Source: Octopus bimaculoides (taxonomy: Eukaryota). From it: DNA of 64,000 nt. A program made the translations under genes and the position numbers. Shown one piece after another: positions 49,777 through 63,079 of the stretch (position 1 is its first letter; each line of letters starts with the position of its first letter). The notes under the pieces are model-generated. The model saw only the letters and a list, made by a program, of their open reading frames with translations. It searched no databases and was not told the origin of the DNA. The stretch lies in assembly GCF_001194135.2 (NCBI RefSeq), contig NC_068986.1:74196776-74260775 (forward strand), given 5' to 3'.

Positions 49777-52411
49777 TCTTGTGTATATTTTTGGTTCTTG
49801 TTTTCTTGATAACATATGGATACAGTTATGGCCATGTGATTATGAAGTTTCCTTATCATCAATCCCATGACATAGAGTTTGAACGTAATGGAAACTTTGC
49901 CACATGTTTTCTATGAATAAATCTTAGTCCAGCATTGCATTGTGAATAAAATTTGATCAACAGAAAATAAACGCCACCACATCAATGAGTAAATCGACAT
50001 TTGTTTTAAAAGCATGTTATTCAGCTGCCCCAACTTTCATAAAAGCACACACACACACACGCACACACACACACACACATTCATATACATATGCATGCAC
50101 ACATATATGCATGCAAGGGTGCACAGACACACACTATGAAGTAGTAGTAGTAGTAGTAAGTCCCCTGGACATTAATGTCTTTGAGTACTAGGATTCACTG
50201 GGCCAGTTACCTGGTTTCTATGGCGTATAAGTGACCGAGATCATGACATAGCCCTTGAACAGCACACCAGTCATAGTTGTGTGGTAAGAAGCTTGCTTTC
50301 CAACCACATTAGTTCTGAGTTCAGTCCCACTGCATGGCACCTTAAGCAAGTTTTTTTCTACTATATCCTTGAGCTAACCAAACCCTTAACGACTGGTGCT
50401 TGTGTGTTTATATCCTCGTAATCTAGTGGTTTGCCAAAAGAGACTGATAGAATAAGTACTAGATTTACAAAGAATAAATCTTGGGGTCGATTTGTTTGAC
50501 TAAAACCCTCTAAGGCAGTGCTCTAGCATGGCCACAGTTAAATGACTGAAGTAAGTTAAGGATCTTTGCAGTTTCCATCACTGTTTACAATTATCTTTAA
50601 AAATAATTATAATGTAATCATATAGATGTAATTTTTGAATCCGAATTTGTTCATTTATTCCAGAAAACTTTTGCAAAAATGTTATATGTGTTCGAAGCTT
50701 GATAATTTTTAGAATTTTCAGCCAATCAGAAAACAGCACGTTCACTGCCTCTTCCATCATCAGAGTGTAGGGCACTGGCATGTCAAAACATTAAACTATC
50801 TACAGTAAACAAACCAGCAGGAGTTGCTACAAATAAGTCAAAACAGACATTTGTTAGTTAAAGAAATTGAAGAACAAAAGTTTGCAATACACTCTAGGAT
50901 TTTATATAACAAATTATTTTTCTCATATCTCGTTTTCCACATAAATTCACAAAAATAAGAGTCAACCATCAAACTGTGTGTCCCACACCTGCATTTGTTT
51001 CCTACACTCCTTGTGTGCATGCACAGCATCTTTGGTTACTATAGAAACAGATGTGTAAAATACTCACTTCTGATTGGCTAAAATACCCAAAGTTTTCATA
51101 TTTTAAAGGCTAATGACTTTTTAATTATGGATTTATAGGAAAAATGAATTTCATTTTTATAATCAGTATACAAAACTTACTCCATAGACCAAATTTGAAA
51201 ACAATTGGAACAAAATTGTAAACAGTGACGAAAACCACAAAGATCCCAACTTAAAGAATTTTAAAAAATGTATACGGTGGTGCTCCAGCATGACCGCAGC
51301 CACATGATTGAAACTAGTAAAAGTATATGCACATATATACATATAAATACGCACGCACACACAGTGAAATAAAAATATATGTCTATGTGCAAAGTTGCAT
51401 CAAAGCAAACAACGCTAACTTGTGAAGTTACATAATTTTAAGCAAAAGGTGTATTAAGTCATTTGATAAACAGAGATGGAATAAATAAGTTACGGATTAT
51501 TAATTTACGACCTTATACACTATACCATGCCTTAAACAAGAAACAGCAAGTGCCAAGGGAAATAACTCTGTCGAGAAATATGTATAAATGTAATACAATA
51601 ATTACCTAAAAATTCACAGTGTTGTTGTTGTTGTTATTATTTCAAAAGATATTATGTATTCTATGTATTTTAAATATGTGATTATTTCAAAATTTTACCG
51701 AATGAATATGTTTTTATTATGTTTTTAAAGAAAAACATATGCATGTTTACTGAGACAGACGAGAGATAGAAAGGGACATAATTAAAAATTTGTAGGAGTT
51801 ATTGCCCTTAGATAATTCTTCACTTTGCTGTCTTTTCAATTTGTTTTTCTTTTATATGAAATCCATAGATATAAAAAAAATGACTTATCACATGATTATT
51901 TCTAATGACCTAAAGGAAACAAGAAATCCTAAAGGACTCTAAAGCTGAATATAATTATAGATATTTTATAGCGTTGATGCTGCAGCCAAAAGTCTCTGCT
52001 TTCATTAATTCACAAATAATTTGCATGAAATAAAATGGAAGAACAAATCTATAATACATAATGTAATATATACATAATANNNNNNNNNNNNNNNNNNNNN
52101 NNNNNNNNNNNNNNNNNNNNNNNNNNNNNNNNNNNNNNNNNNNNNNNNNNNNNNNNNNNNNNNNNNNNNNNNNNNNNNNATATATGCATGCATACATACA
52201 TACATACATACATACATACATACATACAATGGACTTCTTTCAGCTTCTGTCTATCAGATCCACTCACAAGGCTTTGTTCGACCCAAGTCTATAGTAGAAG
52301 ATACGTGCCCAAACCCAGCACCATATGGTTGGGAAGCAAGCTTCTTACCACACAGCCATGCCTGCGCCTATGTATAAACTTCCTTTTCATTTGTGTTTAT
52401 CCTATGACTTT

Positions 52412-52800
52412 GTGGAGGCGCAATGGCACAGTGGTTAGGGCAGCAGACTCGCGGTCATAGGATTGCGGTTTTGATTCCCAGACTGGACGTTGTGAGTGTT
52501 TATTGAGCGAAAACAACTAAAGCTCCACGAGGCTACGGCAGGGGATGGTGGCGAACCCTGCTGTACTCTTTCACCACAACTTTCTCTGACTCTTACTTCC
52601 TGTTTCTGTTGTACCTGTAATTCAAAGGGTCAGCCTTGTCACACTGTGTCATGCGGAATATCCCCAAGAACTATGTCAAGGGTACACGTGTCTGTGGAGT
52701 GCTCAGCCACTTGCACGTTAATTTCACGAGCAGGCTGTTCCATTGATCGGATCAACTGGAACCCTCGACGTCGTAAGCGACGGAGTGCTAACAACAACAT
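52412..52800 (+). mobile_element. tRNA-derived SINE sharing its 5' ~190 nt with 1428-1742 but with a different 3' half and (AAC)n tail
   Basis: Direct alignment. Confidence 0.9.
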
Positions 52801-52925
52801 ATCCTACGCCTTTACCAATGTTACCTATTTGTCTTAGTACTGAAAATCTTCCAGTGTATATATATCATTCATTTATTTTTCCATATATCTGTATATTGCC
52901 TTGACTCCTTTTATTTTCATTTTGA

Positions 52926-53138
<213 letters not shown>

Positions 53139-53194
53139 TAGAATAATGCATAGAAAGTAAACAATGAATAAATTGTTAAAAAAAGAAGAAAAAA

Positions 53195-53370
53195 AAGAAA
53201 CATGGGTTGTGGGGCATCAGGTGTACCATTGGTGAATTTCAGGAAGCATAGAAGTTTTGAAGGATGTAGTGTTTCGACAGCTATCTACTGATGCAGGTAG
53301 CTTATTCCATGCTTCAGCAGTTCTGAGTGTGAAATAATGTTTCCGAAGGTCATTGATGCTGTGTTGAATT
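53195..53370 (-). mobile_element. CR1/L2-type LINE 3' fragment
   Basis: RKHYFTLRTAEAWNKLPASV...TSFKT resembles the CR1/L2 C-terminal FFS.RV...WN.LP...FK motif. Confidence 0.7.
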
Positions 53371-53377
53371 TTTATCT

Positions 53378-53797
53378 TTTACTTGTTTCAGTCATTAGAC
53401 TGTGGCCATGTTGGGGCACCACCTTGGAGAATTTTTTAGTCAAATGAATCGATCCCAGTACTTATCTTTTTAAGCCTGGTATTTATTCTATTGCTTTCTT
53501 TTGTCAAACTGCGAAGTTACAGGGATATAAATACCAACACCGGTTGATAAGTGATGGTGAGGGACAAACACACACACATATGCATGTATACACACACACA
53601 TATGCACGTGTACACACACACACACACACATAACACACACAACAGGCTTCTTTCAGTTTCCTCTTGTCAAATCCATTCACAAGGCCTTGATTGGTATGAA
53701 GCTATAGTTGAAGACACTTGCCCAAGGTGCCATGCAGTGGGACTGAACTGGGAACCATGTGGTTGAGAAGGAAGCTTCTTACCACACAGCCATGCAT
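53378..53797 (-). mobile_element. SINE family A copy
   Basis: Head and tail motifs. Confidence 0.8.
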
Positions 53798-55805
53798 GCA
53801 CGTTTAACAATTAGTACTGAATAAATATCAAATGCATTTATATTATTTCACATTATTATGTTTGTCCAATGATGTAGTGTTTAAGAGTTAATACTGAATT
53901 AATATTAAATACATTGATCAAGATGGCAAAATGGCTGAATCAGCAGCTTGCTGGGCAAAATGTTTAACAGCATTTCGTCTGTCTTCATGTTTTAAGTTCA
54001 AATTCTGCCAGGGGTTGACTTTGCTTTCATCCTGTCGAGATCGATAACATAAGTACCAGTTGAACAGCAGGGTTGATGTACAGCTTACTCTTTCCCTGAA
54101 ACTTGCTGGCCTTGTGCCAAAATTTGAAACCAATATTAAATACATTTATATTTATCTTATGTTATTAGAATGTATGTCTATATTTTCAGAGTGGTCTTAT
54201 GATATAAGTCTTGTTGCTCTGAAATTATTTGTGTTTATCTGTGTACACATACATACAGTTTTATTGTATATAAAATGTGCATTGTTGTTGTGCATATGCA
54301 TATAAGTTTGTTGTTCATACCTGTGTAATATTGTGTATATATGTGTAATATTGATTTCAAATTTTGGCACAAGGTTAGTAATTATGGGTGTGGGTGGGTG
54401 GGTGTTCCGCTGGTACTTATGTTATTGTCCCTGAAAGGGATGAAAGGCAAGGTCGACTTCTGTGGAATTTGAACTTGGAACATAAAGACAGACAAAATAC
54501 CACTAAACATTTTACCTTGCATGCTATTGATTCTGCCAGCTTGATGCCCTGTATATGTGTAATATTGTCGTGCATACATGTATAATTATAATTATAATTA
54601 TAATAAAATATGATAAAATTATAATAAAATATGATAACATCGTGTCTGACACAATCTTAAGAAAATGCTTCTCAACCATTTTTGAAATGGTGTCAGTTCT
54701 TTTCTACCATATAATAGATTAAATTTAATTCCTTATAGCTTCCATTAGACTCTTTCAAATTCACCATTGCCTTTGCTGCTAGCACCAAACCACCACCATC
54801 ACTTTTAAGAACCATTTATCTATCATCTCTTTTGTCTTTCATTCTTTCACATTTCATGTTTCCCTGGCTATATTAGATGAACTATTTGAAATTGTTTCAC
54901 ATCACTTTCTTTGTGTCTTGTAGATCTCCTGCTGGCTAATTTTCTAAAGTTACTTCATCTTCTATCTTATGGATCACTCCCTAACCAACTTTTAGGTTCT
55001 CAGTGTTAGAATGGTCAAACCTCATCAAATATTAGTCTCTGTGGTGGAATGGCATGTGTGTGTGTGTGTGTGAGCGAGAGAGAGTAGGGGTGGAGTTTAC
55101 TCACTCTTGGTTCCACTAAAATATGTGGATCCTGTTGGTTTAGAATTCCCTCTACTAAATATCACTTTCTTTTTTTCTCTCTCTTTTCTTTCCCTTCCTT
55201 CCTTCCTTCCTTCCTTCCTTCCTCTGTTTCTTTCTATCTCTCTCTCCAAAATACCTTGTCAGTGATGAATAAATAATTTCTCAATTTATATCTATGTATA
55301 AGCATCATGCTTCCATGTCTCAAGGTGGCATGGCTTGCTTTGGACAGGTAATTATGATCCATATCAATTCATACCTTCTAGATGGGCTGGAGCACTATAC
55401 CTTGTTCTTGTGTCCCATATATGCCATGGTTTCTATGGTATCCAACCATAGTAACCACACCAAAATGGTTTTTGTTAAGTGGTTGCTATTAGGAAACCTG
55501 TATAGAGAGTATCTGTGTATGCTCATGACTGCATATTCTCAAACAGTAGAACACAGTATTGGTTTATAAACCCAAAAGTTTGATATACTTCATAGTATAT
55601 TATGGTTGCATAATGAAATACCATGACCCTACAAGTCATTAATTAATTAAAAATGGAGTACAAACTACTTGCTCACAAGTGATGGCTAAGATAACTACAT
55701 GCATAACCTTGTGTATAGATATATGTGTAATGTTGTTGTGTATGTAATATGTGTCCCTAGATTTATTTTGACCTTGAGTTAACTGTTCTGTCATTTTAAG
55801 TATGT

Positions 55806-56037
55806 TTAATCCTTTAGCGTTCAAATCATTCTGTCAAATGTAATAATGCTTATTTATTCAAATTATCTTGAATTAAACATGCATTATCTTGCAGCTTTGA
55901 GATTTCAATGAAGTGATAGTATATTTTTTGGAATGATATTATAGAGTAGGTGTGAGAGGCCAGATCTAGCTGGTTTTAACATAAACCAGGTAGAATATTT
56001 GTGCTAGATATGGCTGGTTTGAATGCTAAAGGGTTAA
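55806..56037. mobile_element. piggyBac-type MITE
   Basis: TTAA flanks; colinear with 30791-31021. Confidence 0.85.
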
Positions 56038-56164
56038 ATCTTCAATATTCATTCTTTTTTTAAAGTACACAATCATTGGGCAATCATATAGAAAGTATCT
56101 CATCGAGTCTTACTGTTAAATAATAATAAACGTATTGGAGCTTTCTCTGTTTGGTTATCGATTG

Positions 56165-56480
56165 CCAGTGACCCTGTTATCTTGTAGGTTCCAATAGGCC
56201 AGCAAGAATTTCCTGAAATGCAAGCACAGTCTGAAAACCTCCATTCTGGAGTTAAGCATGTTCCCTGGGTTGAGGGAGTCCCTTAGAATCCTCACCTGTT
56301 GCACTATGCATAGTTTACAGTACTTGGACCCGTTAAAGCTCCATCCCCTGTCTTCTAGTTACAAAGGTGTGTCAAAGTTTGTCAGTAAATCTAAAACATA
56401 GTTCTGGAAGTTTAATGTAGGTAATATCTGGAAGTTTCTAAGGCTTCCAACCATCTGTAATATCGAATTTTCCCATAAAT
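56165..56480 (-). pseudogene. Remnant resembling the C-terminus of a Penelope-like GIY-YIG endonuclease
   Basis: NYVLDL...*LEDRGWSFNGSKYCKLCIVQQVRIL...MLNSRMEVFRLCLHFRKFLL resembles the recalled motif YIWDLK...Y..GSKRCxLCxxEK..I......LNxRxE....CxH..KFLL. Confidence 0.55.
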
Positions 56481-56910
56481 TCAAGCAACTGAATATGTAA
56501 AGCTAATAACTATTGTTGGCTTGTTATGTTTTAACACTGTAATATACAACTGAACTGAATGCAATGCCACAACCATGCACTAATTTGCTTCATGTATTAT
56601 TTATTTATTAGCATGATGTGTTGAGAAAACCTCAGGGACACATACGTCTGGATATGCAGACCAAGATAAATAAATCACAAGGCCAACTGACCTTTGAGGT
56701 AAGAGTAAATTTTTGTCTTTTATTCTGTGAAAAATCATCATTCAGATTGAAAATAGAGTGACGAAGACTTCCTAAAGGAAAGAATTCTAGATATAGCATC
56801 AGATTCTAGATTAATCTGCTTACATCATTTCAATTTGTCTGATTTCACTCTGTGTATTTTTCTTGGTGAACTTTTAGGTTTGAAGGTTGAGGTATCTCTC
56901 TTTCTCTTTA

Positions 56911-57140
56911 ACTCTTTCTTTTACCTGCTTCAGTCATTTGATTGTGGCCATGCTGGAGTACCGCCTTTAGTCGAGCAAATCGACCCCAGGACTTATTCTT
57001 TGTAAGCCTAGTACTTATACTATCAGTCTTTTTTGCTGAACCACTAAGTTACGGGGACGTAAACACACCAGCATCGGTTCTCAAGCGATGTTGGGGGGAC
57101 AAACACACACACAAACATATACACACACATACATATATAT

Positions 57141-57183
<43 letters not shown>

Positions 57184-57358
57184 TATACATATATACGACG
57201 GGCTTCTTTCAGTTTCCGTCTACCAAATCCACTCACAAGACTTTGGTCGGCCCGAGGTTATAGTAGAAGACACTTGCCCAAGGTGCCACGCTGTGGGACT
57301 GAACCCAGAACCATGTGGTTAGTAAGCAAGCTACTTACCACACAGCCACTCCTACGCC
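56911..57358 (-). mobile_element. SINE family A, well-preserved full copy
   Basis: Near identity to 27281-27687. Confidence 0.92.
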
Positions 57359-57421
57359 TATTATGAAACATTTCTTAGTGTTGAGCATTTCTCTCTCTTT
57401 CTCTCTCTCTCTCTCTTCATA

Positions 57422-57824
57422 TCTTATCAATAACAATAAACGTGAAATTCTGTCTGCCTGTCCGTCTGGGACCCCTGTGTCTCAGTCTACATTTGCTCTA
57501 CATAGACATTATACCTTTTTGGAATAAGGATGATCTCGGGATTGCAAATCTGCCCTTCATTTGGTTCTTGGACATCCAGCATTGGAATCAGGTTTTAATG
57601 AAGATGTGTTATATGCTAACAGTTGAAAATTCAAATTTTAATAGAATTTCAAAAATTTGTGAATTTACAAGTTTTTCATTTAAACTGAATTTAAAATACC
57701 ATATTGGTGGGGTACCAATAAATGCTTTATTATTATTGCTCCCTTTAGATTTGGGCTGCCGGCCCAATTAGCCCTCCGCAGGAGCCAACCTAAAAGTCTG
57801 CGCAGAGTGCGGCTTTTAAGCTAG
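57422..57824 (+). mobile_element. Non-autonomous Helitron-like element
   Basis: A|TC start, (CTGT)-like 5' microsatellite, GC-rich subterminal palindrome (TCTGCGCAGA), CTAG end; followed by A rather than T. Confidence 0.5.
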
Positions 57825-57825
57825 A

Positions 57826-57856
<31 letters not shown>

Positions 57857-59911
57857 TGCATGCATGCATGGGTGGGTGGATGGATGGATTCATTCATTTA
57901 TTCATTCATTCAAATGCAGGTGATATTCAAATCATTTATACTTCCAACATATGTTTCGAAAAAGCATTGAGATTATTCCCAAGGGAATAAAAATGATGTA
58001 AAACAATGCAATCACCTCGTCAGGATAAAAAAAGGAATAAATCACATCAATAAACCATTTTAACTGAATGTGATTCTATATATATATATATAACTGGCAC
58101 ATCATATCATAAGGACTGCAATATAAAGGGCTTCATATGTGACACAAAATGTGTTGAAGCTTTTAAACAATCATCATGAGTTTTAATCCAGAATAAAGAA
58201 AAACAACTCTCCTGGCATCTAATGGAAACAGTGATGGTTTATATCAGCTAAATCAGTGGATAAAATTACTGAAAATAAAAGTGTATACTCTGGGGAGCAG
58301 TGTTTTCTAACCTTTTGAATAGGCTCTTGTTTGTTGATGCTTTGCTCCTAGTCAGCTTTGGTTGAGCAGACCTATGATCAAATGTGTTCCCTCCATGATC
58401 ATACTGTCTTTTTGTATACCAGGTACCAAATTATGCAATAAAACTGAGGAAGGGGTTGATTTATTTCAAGAAAATTTAGCTGCTGTATCTTGTAGGTTAA
58501 GTGAGCACATAAAGGATTCCTAATCAATTTATTTTGTTTAGAGTAGAAGCGTATATTGGATCAGTAGCATAATTGATGGATGGGGGTGAAAGATTACATT
58601 CTGTCACGAGCAATGCTTTTATGAGGTGGCACTTTTGAGTTTGTTGTATAAGTTTGTATAGGCTTGGAGACCTGGTGTGGGGGGGTGGTGGCAAACTCAA
58701 GAGCTCTCCTGAGCAGCATACACTCAAAGCTATGCTACTACTGGTTAGCAGTAAAAGAAATAGAAATGAATCCTGTGCTTTACAAATTCACCAAAGCATT
58801 GGCCTCATTGAATGTTACTTAACTAATTTTTTAAAGAATTATTTCTGTTTTACTAAGATGAAAATTTCACTTCAAATTAATAGTTTGAAATTTCATGACC
58901 AAAATTTCGTTGGTTCAGTCATTAAAATTTGAATTCAAATTGAAATTCTATAGAAAACTTAAATTTATATTCTAATGTGAGAGAAGCATAAATACATTCT
59001 GTTAAGAAAAACACTTCTAAATTTCAATTTTACTCAGACTTTCTTAGTTTCCATTACCAACCAATAACTTTGATCTTTTATTAGCAATGGTAAGGAGGCA
59101 GAACTGTGAGCATGCCAGACCAAATGTGTAGCAGCATTCCTTCTGGCTTTACATTCTGATTTTGAATTCCACAGTGGTTGATTTTACCTTTTATTCTTTT
59201 AGTTAGGTAAAATAATTATCAGTTGGGTGCTGGGGTTGATGTAATCAACTTACTCTCCCCTTCAAATTGTTAGTCTTGTGTCAAAGTTTGAAACGGCATT
59301 TATGAAATTCTTCATGGCAACTAGGTTGATATATACAATAAATCTGTGTTCTGTGTATGTAAGTTTAACAAAATAAAGTATCAATTGTTTAATCTTGAGT
59401 TTAAGCAATCAAATATACTTGGTCATTCACTAAAAGAGAGTTTATGCATAAAAAAATGGAAGAAATCAATAAAACTATAATATAGCAATGTGTTAAAGAA
59501 GAAGAATTAATAATATTCTCTAGCATCTAATGCAGAAGTGATCAAATGGTTGCTTAAGCATCACTTTGCTACCAAATCCTTTAAATGTGTTACACTTTCT
59601 CTGAAATATTATAACTGTTGCATGGTTTAGTTTCTGATATTTAGAGTTGATTAGATGTCTCAGCCATAAATATCGCTAGAGAATTTAGTAATTAATAATA
59701 GTAATATCAGTTACACTAACCTGTATGGAATGATGTACTTTTATACATTTCAGTCATAGAAAAAGACTGTCTTGTTTTAATAGTAAAATCCGCTACAGTA
59801 AACAAGGGAAACAACTCATCTATTCCACCAACATTATAATGGTCGTTATTACGTTCATTTCAATCCTCAACACACACACACACATACACACACACAGACT
59901 CGCGCGCACAC

Positions 59912-59951
<40 letters not shown>

Positions 59952-60361
59952 NNNNNNNNNNNNNNNNNNNNNNNNNNNNNNNNNNNNNNNNNNNNNNNNN
60001 NNNNNNNNNNNNNNNNNNNNNNNNNNNNNNNNNNNNNNNNNNNNNNNNNNNNNNNNNNNNNNNNNNNNNNNNNNNNNNNNNNNNNNNNNNNNNNNNNNNN
60101 NNNNNNNNNNNNNNNNNNNNNNNNNNNNNNNNNNNNNNNNNNNNNNNNNNNNNNNNNNNNNNNNNNNNNNNNNNNNNNNNNNNNNNNNNNNNNNNNNNNN
60201 NNNNNNNNNNNNNNNNNNNNNNNNNNNNNNNNNNNNNNNNNNNNNNNNNNNNNNNNNNNNNNNNNNNNNNNNNNNNNNNNNNNNNNNNNNNNNNNNNNNN
60301 NNNNNNNNNNNNNNNNNNNNNNNNNNNNNNNNNNNNNNNNNNNNNNNNNNNNNNNNNNNNN

Positions 60362-60409
<48 letters not shown>

Positions 60410-60611
60410 TACATATATATACATTTATATGTGTGTGTGTAGTTCTCCTCTCGAATGCTTCAGGTAATGAAAGGCTTTGGGAGAGCTCTCTCAGTTTAAA
60501 CCAGGTTATGACAATTTTCTGTTACCTGCGAATATATGACTTCATGCTTCCATCATTTTCACTGGTTCCAGCTATATTCCTTACTATTCATTCCATGGAT
60601 CAGTTGAAAAG

Positions 60612-61002
60612 ACATTCGAGCAAGATCATTGCCAGTGCCGATGGACTGGCTCCTGTGCAGGTGACACGTAATACACCATTTCGAGCATGGCCTTTGCCAG
60701 TAAGACATCCAAGCGAGATCGTTGCCAGTGCCCCTGGACTGGCCCTTGTGCAGGTGGCACATAAAATACACCATTTCGAGCATGGCCGTTGCCAGTACCT
60801 GCCTGACTGGCCCCCATGCCGGTGGCACGTAAAAGCACCCACTACACTCTCGGAGTGGTTGGCGTTAAGAAGGGCATCCAGCTGTAGAAACTCTGCCAAA
60901 TCAGATTGGAGCCTGGTGTCGCCTCCTGGTCCACCAGTCCTCAGTCAAATCGTCCAACCCATGCTAGCATGGAAAGCGGACGTTAAACGACGATGATGAT
61001 GA
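60612..61002 (+). mobile_element. SINE family B with internal tandem duplication
   Basis: ~80-nt unit at 60621-60701 and 60715-60797; GAT tail. Confidence 0.88.
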
Positions 61003-61188
61003 TTTGCAAGGCTGGTCACACTGTTGGTGAGATTAACTGCTGCAGATCGTTTTGAGCCAAGCAGAAAGAGGGAGCTGGTATGCTAGTAGTTGTTATAAGT
61101 ACTTTGAGACTGTTAAAGAAGAATGTTCCCAGTAATTCTAAGTTTAGCCAAAATACAGTGAATTATAATGGGTATACCTGATGTTGTA

Positions 61189-61541
61189 CAGGGTGTCCAC
61201 AAATTCTGGGTACATGGAGTAAATAAAATCATAACATAAACAATTAAATATAAGAAATAATAATTTTCCTTTTTTTTACATTTGTTTAAATTAAATAAAA
61301 AAATACATTACTTTTCTAAATTTATTTATGTTATGTTTTCTACCCAGTGTGCTGAAATTGATGGCAATGTAGACTTATGTAATTAAGTTCACCTGAATTT
61401 TGCAAGGCGCATCAACTTATGCATTGAAAATTATGGAAATCATTTTAAAAATATTATTTATTAACATTATAATTAAATGAAATTGTTTTGTTTTAAAAGT
61501 ATGTTTTAATCCCCATGTACCCAGACTTTGTGGACACCCTG
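61189..61541 (+). mobile_element. Tc1/mariner-superfamily MITE (353 nt)
   Basis: TA TSDs (61187-61188, 61542-61543), ~29-nt TIR CAGGGTGTCCACAAA[T/G]TCTGGGTACATGG, residual RRINLCIENYGNHF. Confidence 0.9.
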
Positions 61542-62098
61542 TACATTATGTTGCAGCGATTCCATAACTCTAGCAGAATCCCTTCATGTCACCAACATTA
61601 GTAAGATCACCAATTTAGTTGCATGAGAAAAAAGAACAGGTAAACCCCCACTTGACTAAGTGAGTGGGGGTAGGTATTTGAGAAGGCAAAGTTACTTAAT
61701 ACCAAGGTGAGAGTTTAAAGTATGATAGAGGTACAAGAAAAGGTGTGTTGCTATAAAGAAAATACATGGCTACCCCTCATTATATAAGGGTGGCAGGGAT
61801 GAACATAAGAATGGTAATGAAGAGATGTTACCCCCCCCCCCCCNNNNNNNNNNNNNNNNNCACACACATACATGCACACATACTTACACCCACATATACA
61901 GCACAATGGTAAAATTCATCAGTCACCAAGTTTGACATCTTCCAACAAACATTAAAATGGGATAGTATTGTAGTCCGCTTGAAGCATTGTGTCTTGTTTG
62001 TAAAGAATAAAAAGTTTTGAATGATACAACAATGCACTATAATACAAAAAATGGACTATAGGACTATATACCTGCTGTAATTTAGTTATCTATAGTCC

Positions 62099-62132
62099 GA
62101 TGATATTTCGGAATACAATTCTTTCTTCAGAT
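62099..62132 (-). ncRNA. Minimal hammerhead-like core
   Basis: AT-CTGAAGA-AAGAATTGTATTCC-GAAA-TAT-C-AT: intact core, GAAT/ATTC stem II, palindromic ATAT stem III, AUC triplet; stem I only 2 bp. Confidence 0.45.
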
Positions 62133-62267
62133 ATTCTTAGATGGAGTCGCGGGTCTATATTTTAAAATATTAAAAATGCCCATACTGGTGCCCATATAAA
62201 GTGCTTGTGCTGGTACCACACAAAAAGCACCTATGCTGGTACTACGTATAAAGCACTAGCACTGATG

Positions 62268-63040
62268 CCGCACTTAGTGGGTAAACTCTTCAGCTCATGA
62301 TTGTAAGGTCATGAGTTCAGTTCCTGGCGAAGCATTGTGTTCTTGAGCAAGGCACTTTATTTGACATTGCTCTGGTTCACTCTGCTGGCAAAAATCAGTA
62401 ACACTTGTATTTCAAAGGGCCAGCTTTGTCACATTCTGTGTCAGTCTGGATCTTTTTGGGAACTACGTTAAGGACACACGTGTGGTGCAGTAGTGGCTGT
62501 GTGGTAAGTAGCTTGCTTACCAACCACATGGTTCCGGGTTCAGTGCCACTGCGTGGCACCTTGGGCAAGTGTCTTCCACTATAGCCTCGGGTCGACCAAA
62601 GCCTTGTAAGTGGATTTGATAGACAGAAACTGAAAGAAGCCTGTCGTATATATGTATATATATATATATANNNNNNNNNNNNNNNNNNNNNNNNNNNNNN
62701 NNNNNNNNNNNNNNNNNNNNNNNNNNNNNNNNNNNNNNNNNNNNNNNNNNNNNNNNNNNNNNNNNNNNNNNNNNNNNNNNNNNNNNNNNNNNNNNNNNNN
62801 NNNNNNNNNNNNNNNNNNNNNNNNNNNNNNNNNNNNNNNNNNNNNNNNNNNNNNNNNNNNNNNNNNNNNNNNNNNNNNNNNNNNNNNNNNNNNNNNNNNN
62901 NNNNNNNNNNNNNNNNNNNNNNNNNNNNNNNNNNNNNNNNNNNNNNNNNNNNNNNNNNNNNNNNNNNNNNNNNNNNNNNNNNNNNNNNNNNNNNNNNNNN
63001 NNNNNNNNNNNNNNNNNNNNNNNNNNNNNNNNNNNNNNNN

Positions 63041-63079
<39 letters not shown>

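Noticed and set aside
49632-49868. Poly-Arg, protamine-like ORF
   Set aside because: Product of a CCT/CTT triplet repeat read on the minus strand.
56188-56286. Possible next PLEKHH exon (TAG acceptor then VPIGQQEFPEMQ...)
   Set aside because: Hits a stop with no good donor and has no PH-domain similarity; the opposite strand is better explained as a Penelope-like remnant. No continuation of the PH domain was found in 53040-64000.
59820-60996. Long ORFs (up to 385 aa) here and at 22764-23452, 41377-41725, 42707-43305, 62517-63101
   Set aside because: Length comes from N runs and microsatellites; only the piggyBac peptide at 42707-42843 is meaningful.
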